NCBI GenBank assembly: GCA_040112665.1
Contig: CP157796.1
Location: forward strand, 186,813-250,812
Length of the DNA: 64,000 nucleotides
From: Oceanicaulis sp.
GTDB lineage: Bacteria; Pseudomonadota; Alphaproteobacteria; Caulobacterales; Maricaulaceae
Direction: 5' to 3'
Below, one piece after another: positions 35,281-44,080 of this stretch; positions within the stretch are counted from its first letter, which is position 1; every line of letters begins with the position of its first letter. The position numbers and the translations under genes are program-made. The notes beneath the pieces are model-generated. The model saw only the letters and a program-made list of their open reading frames with translations. It did not search any database and was not told the origin of the DNA.

Positions 35281-37905
35281 TTACTGAATCACGGCTTCGC
35301 TCGGCGGCCTGGCGTTGCGGCTGACCGCGCGGCCGTCGACCGTCAGCGCGCCGGCTTCGGCGGAGACTTTCACGGTCTGGCCGTCCTCGATCACGCCCTC
35401 CAGAATCAGCCGGGCGAGCGGGTCCTGCAGCTCCTTTTGGATGACGCGCTTGAGTGGCCGCGCGCCGTAGGCCGGGTCGTAGCCCTTCTCGGCGAGCCAG
35501 GCCTTGGCCTGGTCGTCGAGCTCGATCGCCATGCGACGGTCCTTCAGAAGCGCTTCGAGGCGCTTGAGCTGGATGTCGACGATGGCGCCCATGTGCTGCT
35601 CTTCGAGGCGGCGGAACAGGATGATCTCGTCGATCCGGTTCAGGAATTCCGGCCTGAAGGCGGACCTGACCGCGCCCATCACGCTTTCACGCGCCGCTTC
35701 GACGTCGCCGGACAGCAGGAACTCCGAGCCGAGGTTCGAGGTCATGATCAGGATGGTGTTCCTGAAATCGACCGTGCGGCCCTGACCGTCGGTCAGCCGG
35801 CCGTCGTCGAGCACCTGCAGGAGCACGTTGAAGACGTCCGGGTGGGCTTTCTCCACCTCGTCGAACAGCACGACCTGATAGGGCCGGCGGCGCACGCTTT
35901 CAGTCAGCGCCCCGCCCTCGTCATAGCCGACATAGCCCGGAGGCGCGCCGATCATGCGGCTGACCGAGTGCTTCTCCATGTATTCCGACATGTCCAGACG
36001 CGTCACGGCCGTCTCGTCGTCGAACAGGAATTCGGCCAGTGCTTTGGTCAGCTCTGTCTTGCCCACGCCCGTGGGGCCGAGGAAGAGGAAGGAACCGATC
36101 GGCCGGCTGGGATCCTTGAGCCCCGCCCGCGACCGGCGCACGGCGTCGGACACCGCTTCGAGCGCGTCGTCCTGGCCGACCACACGATTTCTGAGCCCGT
36201 CCTCCATCTTAAGGAGCTTTTCGCGCTCGCCTTCAAGCATCTTGTCGACCGGCACGCCGGTCCAGCGGCTGACGACCGAAGCGATCTGCTCTTCGTCGAC
36301 GACCTCCTTGACCATGGCGGCCTTGCCGTTGGTGGCCTGGCCGTCGGCGGCGGCCTCGGCGTCGGAGAGCCGCTTCTCAAGCTCGGGGATGCGGCCGTAT
36401 TTCAGCTCGGACGCCCGGCCGAGATCGCCCCGCCGCTCGGCGTCGGCGAGTTCGGCGCGCAGCCGGTCGAGCTGCTCCTTGGTTTCGGTGGCCGAGGCGA
36501 GCTTGTCCTTCTCCGCGCGCCAGGCGGCGGTGAGTTCGGCAGAGCGCGCTTCCAGATCGGCCAGCTCCTTGTTCAGGCTCTGCAGCCGGGTCTTGGAGGC
36601 CTCGTCGCCCTCTTTCTTCAGCGCTTCGGCCTCGATCTTCAGCTGGATGATCCGCCGGTCGAGCTCGTCGAGCTCCTCGGGCTTGGAGTCCACCTGCATG
36701 CGCAGGCGCGCGGCCGCCTCGTCCATCAGGTCGATGGCCTTGTCGGGCAGGAAGCGGTCAGTGATGTAGCGGTTCGACAAGGTCGCGGCGGCCACGATCG
36801 CGCCGTCGGCGATGCGCACGCCGTGGTGGACCTCGTACTTCTCCTTCAGGCCGCGCAGGATGGAGACCGTGTCCTCCACCGTGGGCTCCTCGACGAAGAC
36901 CGGCTGGAAGCGGCGGGCGAGCGCGGCGTCTTTCTCGACATGCTTTCTGTACTCGTCGAGCGTGGTCGCGCCCACGCAGTGAAGCTCCCCGCGCGCGAGC
37001 GCGGGCTTAAGGAGGTTCGACGCGTCCATTGCGCCGTCGGTCTTGCCCGCGCCGACGAGCGTATGCATCTCGTCGATGAACAGGATGATCTGCCCGCCCG
37101 CGGCCTCGACCTCGCTGAGAACCGCTTTCAGGCGCTCCTCAAACTCGCCGCGATACTTCGCGCCGGCGATGAGCGAGCCCATGTCGAGCGCGAGCAGCTT
37201 CTTGTTCTTCAGGCTCTCGGGCACGTCGCCGTCGACGATCCTCAGCGCCAGGCCCTCGGCGATCGCGGTCTTGCCCACGCCGGGCTCGCCGATCAGCACC
37301 GGATTGTTCTTGGTGCGGCGCGAGAGGACCTGGATGGCGCGGCGGATCTCCTCGTCCCGGCCGATTACGGGATCGAGCTTGCCCGAGCGCGCGGCCTCTG
37401 TGAGGTCGCGGGAGTATTTCTTCAGCGCTTCATAGCCCTCTTCGGCGGACTGGCTGTCGGCCGTGCGGCCCTGCCGCAGATCGTTGATCGCCTGATTCAG
37501 CGCCTGGGGCGCGACGCCCGCCTGCTTGAGCGCTTCCTCGGCCTTGGTGCCTTTGACGATGGAGAGCGCCTGAAGGATCCGTTCGGCGGCGACATACTGG
37601 TCGCCGGCCTTTTTCGCAGCCTCCTCGGCGGTTGAGAAAATCTCCGCGGTCTTCGGCGCGAGATAGAGCTGGCCGGTCCCTTCCACCTTGGGAAGGGCGT
37701 CCACGGCGCGGCGGGCCAGGTCGAGCGCGGCGTCGGGCCGGCCGCCCGCGGCCTTGATCAGATTGCCCGCGAGCCCGCTATCGTCCTCCAGAAGGGCGAG
37801 CAGCAGGTGTTCTGGGGTGAAATGCTGGTGTTTCTTCTTGAGGGCGGCGCCTTGCGCGGTCTGCAGGACCGTGCGGGCGCGATCGGTGAATTTATCGAGG
37901 TTCAT
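35281..37905 (-). CDS. clpB: ATP-dependent chaperone ClpB
   Basis: 874 aa from [15 protein letters not shown]. Two AAA+ modules (GEPGVGKTA and GPTGVGKTE) and a long middle coiled-coil. Confidence 0.95.
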   Translation of the reverse strand: MNLDKFTDRARTVLQTAQGAALKKKHQHFTPEHLLLALLEDDSGLAGNLIKAAGGRPDAALDLARRAVDALPKVEGTGQLYLAPKTAEIFSTAEEAAKKAGDQYVAAERILQALSIVKGTKAEEALKQAGVAPQALNQAINDLRQGRTADSQSAEEGYEALKKYSRDLTEAARSGKLDPVIGRDEEIRRAIQVLSRRTKNNPVLIGEPGVGKTAIAEGLALRIVDGDVPESLKNKKLLALDMGSLIAGAKYRGEFEERLKAVLSEVEAAGGQIILFIDEMHTLVGAGKTDGAMDASNLLKPALARGELHCVGATTLDEYRKHVEKDAALARRFQPVFVEEPTVEDTVSILRGLKEKYEVHHGVRIADGAIVAAATLSNRYITDRFLPDKAIDLMDEAAARLRMQVDSKPEELDELDRRIIQLKIEAEALKKEGDEASKTRLQSLNKELADLEARSAELTAAWRAEKDKLASATETKEQLDRLRAELADAERRGDLGRASELKYGRIPELEKRLSDAEAAADGQATNGKAAMVKEVVDEEQIASVVSRWTGVPVDKMLEGEREKLLKMEDGLRNRVVGQDDALEAVSDAVRRSRAGLKDPSRPIGSFLFLGPTGVGKTELTKALAEFLFDDETAVTRLDMSEYMEKHSVSRMIGAPPGYVGYDEGGALTESVRRRPYQVVLFDEVEKAHPDVFNVLLQVLDDGRLTDGQGRTVDFRNTILIMTSNLGSEFLLSGDVEAARESVMGAVRSAFRPEFLNRIDEIILFRRLEEQHMGAIVDIQLKRLEALLKDRRMAIELDDQAKAWLAEKGYDPAYGARPLKRVIQKELQDPLARLILEGVIEDGQTVKVSAEAGALTVDGRAVSRNARPPSEAVIQ

Positions 37906-37993
37906 CAGTCTCTTTCCGTCTCCTGAGGTCCAGCGAGACCGGCGGCGTGAAGGGCCTTCCTGGAAGCGCCCGGCCGCCGTCGTCCGGCTGATC

Positions 37994-38022
37994 AGGTAGG
38001 TGTTGCGAAAGAGGCACACAAG
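37994..38022 (-). promoter_or_regulatory. candidate sigma32-type heat-shock promoter of clpB
   Basis: The minus strand reads CTTG-N18-CCTACCT, against the alphaproteobacterial sigma32 form CTTG-N17-CCTATNT as I recall it. It lies about 90 bp upstream of the clpB ATG. Confidence 0.3.
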
Positions 38023-38088
38023 TGTCGCCCAAACGAAAAAGGGCGCGCCCGGCGGACGCGCCCTTGATCAGTGTGGGAGCGGTCAGGA

Positions 38089-38823
38089 CTAGCCGTCTTG
38101 CGGCTCGCCTTCGATCGGCTCGAATTCGCCCTCTTCACCGCCTTCGGTACCGCCGACGTCCTCGAACGCCTCGTCCGAACCGGTCTCTTCAGCCGGGGCC
38201 TCGGCGCCGGCGTCTGCAGCGGCCTCAGCGGGCGCAGATTCGGCCTCGGCGGGCGCGTCTGCAGCGAGCGGCTCGGGGATCGCGATCGGATCACCCGAAA
38301 GCGTGCGCATATAGGCGATGATGTTGATGCGCTCTTCCTGGTCGCGCAGACCCGCGAAGCTCATCGCGGTGCCGGGCAGGTAGCGGCGCGGGTTCTCCAG
38401 ATAGTCGTACATGTTCTGGAAACCCCACTCGGTGCCGCCCTCGGCGTATTCGGTCATGGCCTGGGAGTAGCCGAACCCCGACACGCTCGCGACGTCGCGG
38501 CCCATCACGCCCCACAGGTGCGGGCCGGTGCCGTCCGCGCCGCCTTCCTCGAAGGTGTGGCAGCTCGCACAGCGGCGCGCCACACGCTCGCCGGCGGACA
38601 CGTCAGCGCCAGCCAGAAGCACGCCGAAATCGACCGGCGCCTCTTCTTCTTCCTCGGCGGAGGCGGCGCTGGCGCCTTCAAGCGCGGCCAGGTCGATCGG
38701 ATAGGCCGGGGTTTCCGGCGATTCGACGTGATAGATGGTCTCGGCGAGCGTGATCAGGCCCATCACGATAAGGAAGATCGCGATAACCGCCCCAGCCACC
38801 TTGTTGAAGAACAGATCGCCCAT
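38089..38823 (-). CDS. membrane-anchored c-type cytochrome (CycM-like) with acidic Ala/Glu/Pro tail
   Basis: 244 aa from ATG after GGGAGAGGA. N-terminal TM helix, heme motif CASCH, a distal Met region (PGTAMSF), and a low-complexity C-terminus of about 70 aa. Confidence 0.85.
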   Translation of the reverse strand: MGDLFFNKVAGAVIAIFLIVMGLITLAETIYHVESPETPAYPIDLAALEGASAASAEEEEEAPVDFGVLLAGADVSAGERVARRCASCHTFEEGGADGTGPHLWGVMGRDVASVSGFGYSQAMTEYAEGGTEWGFQNMYDYLENPRRYLPGTAMSFAGLRDQEERINIIAYMRTLSGDPIAIPEPLAADAPAEAESAPAEAAADAGAEAPAEETGSDEAFEDVGGTEGGEEGEFEPIEGEPQDG

Positions 38824-38961
38824 CAGCGTCCTCTCCCGGTTCGTCAATAATCGCGCGGGTGTTTGGCACGCCCCGCCCGGCGTGGCAACTCATTCACGCC
38901 GCTGCGGGAGCTAATGCCCGGGCCACGCCACGCCCACGCGTCACGCGGTCGCGGGCGAGGC

Positions 38962-39831
38962 TCAGTCGCCCGCCTCCACCCAGCGGTCGATCAACAGCCG
39001 GGAGATCGAGAAGTTGCGCGGAATCCTGCGCGCGATTTCGCTGTCGTAAAGCGCGCGCACCTCGTCGCGCGTGAACCAGCGCGCGTCTTCTATGTCGTCG
39101 TCTGGGACGAGCTCGCCGGGTTCGATCTCCGCCATCAGCCCGATCATCAGCGAGGACGGGAAGGGCCAGGGCTGGCTCGCGACATATTCGGCGCGCAGGA
39201 CGGTGCGGCCGATCTCCTCTTTCGTCTCGCGCGCGCAAGCCTCTTCTATGGTCTCGCCGGGCTCCATGAACCCCGCCAGCGTGGCGTACATGCCCGCCGG
39301 CCAGCTCGCCTGCCGGCCCAGCACGCAGCGATCACCGGCGTATGGCAGCATGATCACGCTGGGGTCGACGCGCGGGAAATGCTCCATCCCGCAAGAGGGG
39401 CATTTGAGCTTCAGCCCGCCCTCTTCGGCGGCGTTCTCGCTCGCGCAGTTCGAGCAATAGCGCCGGCGGCCATGCCAGCTCAGCACCGCCCGCGCACGCC
39501 CCATGATGCAGGCGAGATCGGCGGGCGCGGAGGCTGCGGCGATGCGGAAATCCGGACCGCGCTCGGCCACGCCTTCTTCCAGCGATCCCGCAAACCAGGC
39601 CTCGCCCTCGGCCAGCCCGAGAAACACCAGCCCCGGCCGCTTCAGCGGCAGAAAGGAGGTGCGGCGCGCGGGCAGGATCATCGGCCCGCCGTCCTCGCCC
39701 GCGGCCGGGTCCGGGCCGGCGAACAGGATCGCGCGGGCGGATTTGCTGGCGCGCTGATCGGCGATCCAGTCCGGGTCCGAGCGGGTGAGAGAAGCGTGGT
39801 CGAGCGGGGAGCCGGTGAAGAAAAGCGACAT
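38962..39831 (-). CDS. nudC: NAD+ diphosphatase (NADH pyrophosphatase) NudC
   Basis: Zinc ribbon CSNC...CPSC followed by Nudix box GFMEPGETIEEACARETKEEIG. Alternative start at 39858. Confidence 0.85.
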   Translation of the reverse strand: MSLFFTGSPLDHASLTRSDPDWIADQRASKSARAILFAGPDPAAGEDGGPMILPARRTSFLPLKRPGLVFLGLAEGEAWFAGSLEEGVAERGPDFRIAAASAPADLACIMGRARAVLSWHGRRRYCSNCASENAAEEGGLKLKCPSCGMEHFPRVDPSVIMLPYAGDRCVLGRQASWPAGMYATLAGFMEPGETIEEACARETKEEIGRTVLRAEYVASQPWPFPSSLMIGLMAEIEPGELVPDDDIEDARWFTRDEVRALYDSEIARRIPRNFSISRLLIDRWVEAGD

Positions 39832-40108
39832 GGTTGAAGACCTAGCCGCTGCGGACACCCGAGGCCAGCACTCTCACCAACGCTCCGAAAAGAGTTTCCG
39901 ATTACTTAACAGATTGAGAGGTCTGGCGTGATGCCGCCGCCGCTTCGCCGCAATCCGGCCTTGGTGCGGGTTTTGTTCGCCACAGCGAAAACAGATGTTC
40001 CAGACCGGCTGAGCGGGACCGCTTGCGCCTCGTTTGTGGCGGGCGCATCTCGGAAGCGGACCGGACGCAAGATCCGGCCCCTTCCTCTGTTAGACAGGAC
40101 AAACGATT

Positions 40109-40615
40109 ATGAAAACGATCCTCCTCTCCACCGCCGCCGCCCTGATCGCGGCTTCCGCCGCTTCCGCTCAGGACGCCGCGGAAAGCAAGTTCGAACTGGG
40201 CGCGGGCTACACCCTTCTGGACGGCGACGGCGTCGAATTCGACGCGCTGACCCTGCGCGGCGGCTACAATGTGAACGAGTTCTTCGCCGTCGAAGGCGAA
40301 GCGCTGTTCGGCCTGGGCGACGAGAACCTGGGCGGCGGCTTCTCGGCCGAGCTGAACTACGGCCTGGGCGTGTTCGCCAAAGCCGAATACCCGGTCGGCG
40401 AGCGTGTCTCGGTGTTCGGCCGCCTCGGCTACACCTGGGCCGAAGTCGAAGTCTCGGGCCTCGGCTCTGAAGACGCCGACGGTTTCGCCTACGGCGTCGG
40501 CGGCGAGTTCGCCGTTTCCGGCCCGAACGCGATTCGTGCGGACTACACCCGCTACGACTACGAAGACGGCGCGGAAGCCGACGGCTGGTCGATCGCCTAC
40601 GTCCGCAGCTTCTAG
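40109..40615 (+). CDS. small outer-membrane beta-barrel protein (8-stranded OMP family)
   Basis: 168 aa. Signal peptide ending in ASAQD, alternating beta-strand pattern, GFAYGVGGEF, and a C-terminal ...IAYVRSF. Confidence 0.8.
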   Translation: MKTILLSTAAALIAASAASAQDAAESKFELGAGYTLLDGDGVEFDALTLRGGYNVNEFFAVEGEALFGLGDENLGGGFSAELNYGLGVFAKAEYPVGERVSVFGRLGYTWAEVEVSGLGSEDADGFAYGVGGEFAVSGPNAIRADYTRYDYEDGAEADGWSIAYVRSF

Positions 40616-40650
40616 TCTCTGACAAAAAGACGGCGTTCACGCCTCAAAGG

Positions 40651-40685
40651 AAAGCCTCGCGTCGTCTCGGCGCGAGGCTTTTTAT
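40651..40685 (+). terminator. rho-independent terminator after first OMP gene
   Basis: AAAGCCTCGCG-loop-CGCGAGGCTTT followed by TTTATT. Confidence 0.75.
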
Positions 40686-40784
40686 TACCGGACCAAAAGC
40701 CGCATTGTATTTAATTCGTGACTAGGGCATTTTACGGTACAGGCGGTTGTGAGGCCGCTTAAACATTTTCAGGGGGAGAAACCC

Positions 40785-41303
40785 ATGCGCACTCTGCTTC
40801 TTGCTTCCATCGCGGCCGTCGCCGCCGCTTCCGCCGCCTCTGCTCAGACCCCGGGTTCGGGCTATGCCGGCGTGGGCTACACCGCGCTCGACGGCGAAGG
40901 CGCCACGCTTGGCGCGATCACGCTTCGCGGCGGCTTCGACTTCACCGAATATTTCGGCGCTGAAGGCGACCTTCATATTGGCGTCGTGGACGACACGGTC
41001 ACCGAAATGGGCACCTCCGTCGATCTGTCCGCCGACTTCGGCGCTGCCGTTTACGGCGTCGCGCGTCTGCCGCTCGGCGACGGCATGTCGAACATCTTCG
41101 CGCGCGCCGGCTATGCGACGCTCGAAGTCGAAGGCAGCGCCATGGGCGTTTCGGTTTCGGCTGAACTGGACGGCTTCGCTTACGGCGTCGGCGGCGAGTT
41201 CTACTTCGCCGGCCCGAACGGTGTTCGCCTTGATTACACCCGCTTCGACGGCGATGACGGCGAACTCGACGCCTTCGGCATCTCCTACATCCGCCGCTTC
41301 TAG
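40785..41303 (+). CDS. small outer-membrane beta-barrel protein, tandem paralog
   Basis: 172 aa from ATG after GGGGGAG. Shares GFAYGVGGEF, GPN.(I/V)R.DYTR(Y/F)D and a terminal ...SYIRRF with the upstream gene. Confidence 0.8.
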   Translation: MRTLLLASIAAVAAASAASAQTPGSGYAGVGYTALDGEGATLGAITLRGGFDFTEYFGAEGDLHIGVVDDTVTEMGTSVDLSADFGAAVYGVARLPLGDGMSNIFARAGYATLEVEGSAMGVSVSAELDGFAYGVGGEFYFAGPNGVRLDYTRFDGDDGELDAFGISYIRRF

Positions 41304-41332
41304 AACGCCTCCGCGTTCATAGGACGACAGAA

Positions 41333-41368
41333 GGCCCCCGCGCTCAGCCGAGCGCGGGGGTTTTTCTT
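41333..41368 (+). terminator. rho-independent terminator after second OMP gene
   Basis: CCCCCGCGCT-CAGCCG-AGCGCGGGGG followed by TTTTTCTTT. Confidence 0.8.
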
Positions 41369-41426
41369 TGCGCCTGCGTCAGGAGGGCGCGGATCGAAAG
41401 GCTTGCATCGACGCGCGTTCTGTTTT

Positions 41427-41447
41427 GAGAATGATTTTCACAAGCAG
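41427..41447 (+). promoter_or_regulatory. candidate Fur-type iron box upstream of small orphan ORF
   Basis: GAGAATGATTTTCACAAGCAG matches the Fur consensus at 13/19 and the site at 3796..3816 at 17/21. It ends 19 bp before the ATG at 41466. Confidence 0.35.
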
Positions 41448-41465
41448 ATTTTACCGGAGCCGATC

Positions 41466-41684
41466 ATGACCGCCCTCGCCCGCGCCGCGTCCGTTCTTCC
41501 CTTCCCTCGCCAGGCGCCTTCGCCGGGACCGGTCGCAGACTGGCTCACCGGGCAGGAGCGGGTGGTCACCGCCTGGATCGACCGGCTGGTGGCCGAAGAC
41601 GGCGACGTGCGCCTCATCGCACTGCTCGATCAGCACGCGGCGTTTCTGCGCGAGGCGCGCGACACGGCGGCGGCGGCGCGCTGA
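41466..41684 (+). CDS. small hypothetical protein (72 aa)
   Basis: ATG after GGAG: MTALARAASVLPFPRQAPSPGPVADWLTGQERVVTAWIDRLVAEDGDVRLIALLDQHAAFLREARD... No family recognised. Confidence 0.4.
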   Translation: MTALARAASVLPFPRQAPSPGPVADWLTGQERVVTAWIDRLVAEDGDVRLIALLDQHAAFLREARDTAAAAR

Positions 41685-41703
41685 GCGGCCCTGCCCGCAG
41701 CGC

Positions 41704-41732
41704 TTGATTCGTCGGGCGCGAGCGCTGATATT
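41704..41732 (+). promoter_or_regulatory. sigma70-type promoter of SRP RNA
   Basis: TTGATT-N17-GATATT, with the -10 element ending 8 nt before the predicted RNA 5' end. Confidence 0.5.
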
Positions 41733-41740
41733 GCGCCTCA

Positions 41741-41846
41741 GGAAGGCTGGCGGCGGACGAGGCTCTCGCCAACCCGGTCAGGTCCGGAAGGAAGCAGCCG
41801 TAACGAGTTTCGCTTCGGGTCGCCGTTCGGTCTTCCGCCGCCTTCC
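41741..41846 (+). ncRNA. ffs: signal recognition particle RNA (small bacterial 4.5S type)
   Basis: Contains the conserved domain IV core CCGGTCAGGTCCGGAAGGAAGCAGCC. The 5' GGAAGGCTGGCGGCGG pairs with the 3' CCGCCGCCTTCC. It has the usual position just upstream of dnaX. Ends are good to about 5 nt. Confidence 0.85.
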
Positions 41847-41918
41847 CTCAGCCGCTAGCCTTCGGGGCGATCACCGGCCGGCCTCAGTCCGGTCCCCGGG
41901 CGGAGAGGACGCGTCAGC

Positions 41919-43736
41919 ATGGACGAGCACACCGGTCAGCCCGGCGAAATCGACGCCGGCGAAGACCCCGGCCCGGCTCTGCCCGGCATGGAGGCGCCCG
42001 CGCCTTCCGATCCCGGCTATCAGGTGCTGGCGCGCAAATACCGCCCCCAGACCTTCGAGGATCTGATCGGCCAGGAGCCGATGGTCCGCACCCTCACCAA
42101 CGCGTTCGCCGCAGGCCGCATCGCGCAGGCCTACATGCTCACCGGCGTGCGGGGGATCGGCAAGACCACGACGGCGCGCCTGATCGCGCGCGGGCTCAAT
42201 TATGAGACCGATACGGTCGACGCTCCCTCGGTGAAACTCGACCCGCCGGGCCGGCACTGCGCGGCGATTGCAAAATCCTCCCATGTCGACGTGATGGAGA
42301 TGGACGCCGCCAGCCGCACCGGCATCGGCGACATCCGCGAGATCCTGGAAGGCGTGCGCTACGCCCCGGTGAGCGCGCGCTACAAGGTCTACATCATCGA
42401 CGAAGTGCACATGCTCTCCATGGCGGCCTTCAACGCGCTTCTGAAGACGCTGGAAGAGCCGCCGCCGCACGTGAAGTTCGTCTTCGCCACCACCGAAATC
42501 CGCAAGGTGCCGGTCACCGTGCTCAGCCGCTGCCAGCGCTTCGATCTCAAGCGCGTGGACCGCGAGGTGCTGACCGATCATCTGGCGCGCATCTGCGAGA
42601 AGGAGAACGCTGGCGTCGAGCGTGAAGGGCTCGCCGCGATCGCACGCGCCGCCGAGGGCTCTGTCCGCGACGCGCTCTCCTTGCTGGACCAGGCGATCGT
42701 TCAGGGCGAAGGCGAGGACGGGCCGGTCACCGCCGAGCAGGTCCGCGACATGCTGGGCCTGGCCGACCGCACCCGCGTTCTGGACCTTTTGGAGGCCGCG
42801 CTCGAGAACCGGGCGAAGGACGCGCTCGACGAGCTGCGCCACCAGTACGATTCCGGCGCCGATCCGCAGGTGCTGATGCGCGACCTGCTCGACCATATCC
42901 ACGCCATGAGCCGGCTGAAGGCCGCCGGCGGCGACGCCGATCTGGCCGAAGCGAAGGAAACGATCGAGCGTCTGCGCACGCTTTCCGACGCCCAGTCGCT
43001 CGCCGGGCTCGGCCGCCTCTGGAAGACCGCGCTCACCGGGCTTGAAGACGTCAGAAGCGCGCCCGATCCGGTCAGCGCCGCAGAGATGGCGGTGATCCGG
43101 CTTATGGCGGCTGCCAGCCTGCCCGGGCCGGAGGAGGCTGCGCGCCTGATCGCCGAAGCGAAGTCGGGCGGCGCCGCGCCGCGCCCGGCAGGCCCTGCGC
43201 CCACCGGCACGCCCCAGCAACCCAGCGGTCACACAGCCCCCGCGCCTCAGGCCTCGGCACCGGCCGCACCGCCGAGCGCAGCGCCTGGGGCGCACGAGCC
43301 CGTGCAGGGCCCCGAGACGATCGAGGCCTTCCTGGCTCTGGTCGAAGAAAGCCGGGACATCAATCTGAAGCTCGACATCGAGCGTCATGTCCGTCCGGTC
43401 TCGATCCGGCCCGGCCGCTTCGCCTTCGAACCGGCTGGCGATCCGCCCGCGTCGCTAGGCGGCCGCATTGCGAGCTTTCTGAGCGAACAGACCGGTACGC
43501 GCTGGCTCGTCGACGCGACGGCGAAAAACGGCGGGGAGACCGTCGCCGAACGCCGCAGGCGCGAGCGCCAGGAGCGGCTGGACGCGGTGATGCGCGATCC
43601 GGTGATGGTCAAGGCGCTCACCGCCTTTCCCGGCGCGGAACTCGTCAATGTCGAGGACCCGCCCGCCATGGACACCCGCCTCGCTCAGAGCGAAGACGAC
43701 GACCAGGACCCCGCCCGACAGGAGACGTCCCGATGA
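41919..43736 (+). CDS. dnaX: DNA polymerase III subunit gamma/tau
   Basis: 605 aa. GVRGIGKTTTARL, YIIDEVHMLS and SRCQRF, followed by a Pro/Ala-rich linker and the tau C-terminus. Confidence 0.93.
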   Translation: MDEHTGQPGEIDAGEDPGPALPGMEAPAPSDPGYQVLARKYRPQTFEDLIGQEPMVRTLTNAFAAGRIAQAYMLTGVRGIGKTTTARLIARGLNYETDTVDAPSVKLDPPGRHCAAIAKSSHVDVMEMDAASRTGIGDIREILEGVRYAPVSARYKVYIIDEVHMLSMAAFNALLKTLEEPPPHVKFVFATTEIRKVPVTVLSRCQRFDLKRVDREVLTDHLARICEKENAGVEREGLAAIARAAEGSVRDALSLLDQAIVQGEGEDGPVTAEQVRDMLGLADRTRVLDLLEAALENRAKDALDELRHQYDSGADPQVLMRDLLDHIHAMSRLKAAGGDADLAEAKETIERLRTLSDAQSLAGLGRLWKTALTGLEDVRSAPDPVSAAEMAVIRLMAAASLPGPEEAARLIAEAKSGGAAPRPAGPAPTGTPQQPSGHTAPAPQASAPAAPPSAAPGAHEPVQGPETIEAFLALVEESRDINLKLDIERHVRPVSIRPGRFAFEPAGDPPASLGGRIASFLSEQTGTRWLVDATAKNGGETVAERRRRERQERLDAVMRDPVMVKALTAFPGAELVNVEDPPAMDTRLAQSEDDDQDPARQETSR

Positions 43737-44077
43737 AGGATCTCGCCGGCCTGATGAAGCAGGCTCAGGACATGCAAAAGCGCATGAAGGAAGCCCAGGA
43801 GCGCCTCGAGGACGTCGAGGTGACCGGGGAATCCGGCGCCGGCATGGTCAAGGTCACCCTCACCGCCAAGGGCGAGATGCGCGGCCTTGCGATCGACCGC
43901 ACCGTGGTCGATCCCGAAGAGACCGAAGTGCTCGAGGATCTGATCAAGGCCGCCTACGCCGACGCCAAGCGCAAGGCGGACGAAGCCCAGCAGAAAGTGC
44001 TGGCCGAAGCGACCAAGGGGATCGGCCTGCCGCCGGGCATCGACCTGCCCTTCGGCATCAAGCCCGGCCCGTTCTGA
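43733..44077 (+). CDS. ybaB: nucleoid-associated protein YbaB/EbfC
   Basis: 114 aa: MKDLAGLMKQAQDMQKRMKEAQERLEDVEVTGESGAGMVKVTL... A 4-nt overlap joins it to dnaX. Confidence 0.92.
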   Translation: MKDLAGLMKQAQDMQKRMKEAQERLEDVEVTGESGAGMVKVTLTAKGEMRGLAIDRTVVDPEETEVLEDLIKAAYADAKRKADEAQQKVLAEATKGIGLPPGIDLPFGIKPGPF

Positions 44078-44080
44078 ATT

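Noticed and set aside
35179-37635. 818-aa plus-strand ORF
   Set aside because: It is a shadow ORF opposite clpB. It has no recognisable motifs and a biased Arg/Gly/Leu/Ala composition.
41919-43736. Possible programmed -1 frameshift in dnaX (gamma subunit production)
   Set aside because: I found no A_AAA_AAG-type slippery heptamer in the gene. The longest A-run is GAAAAAC at ~43521, near the 3' end, which is the wrong place and the wrong sequence.
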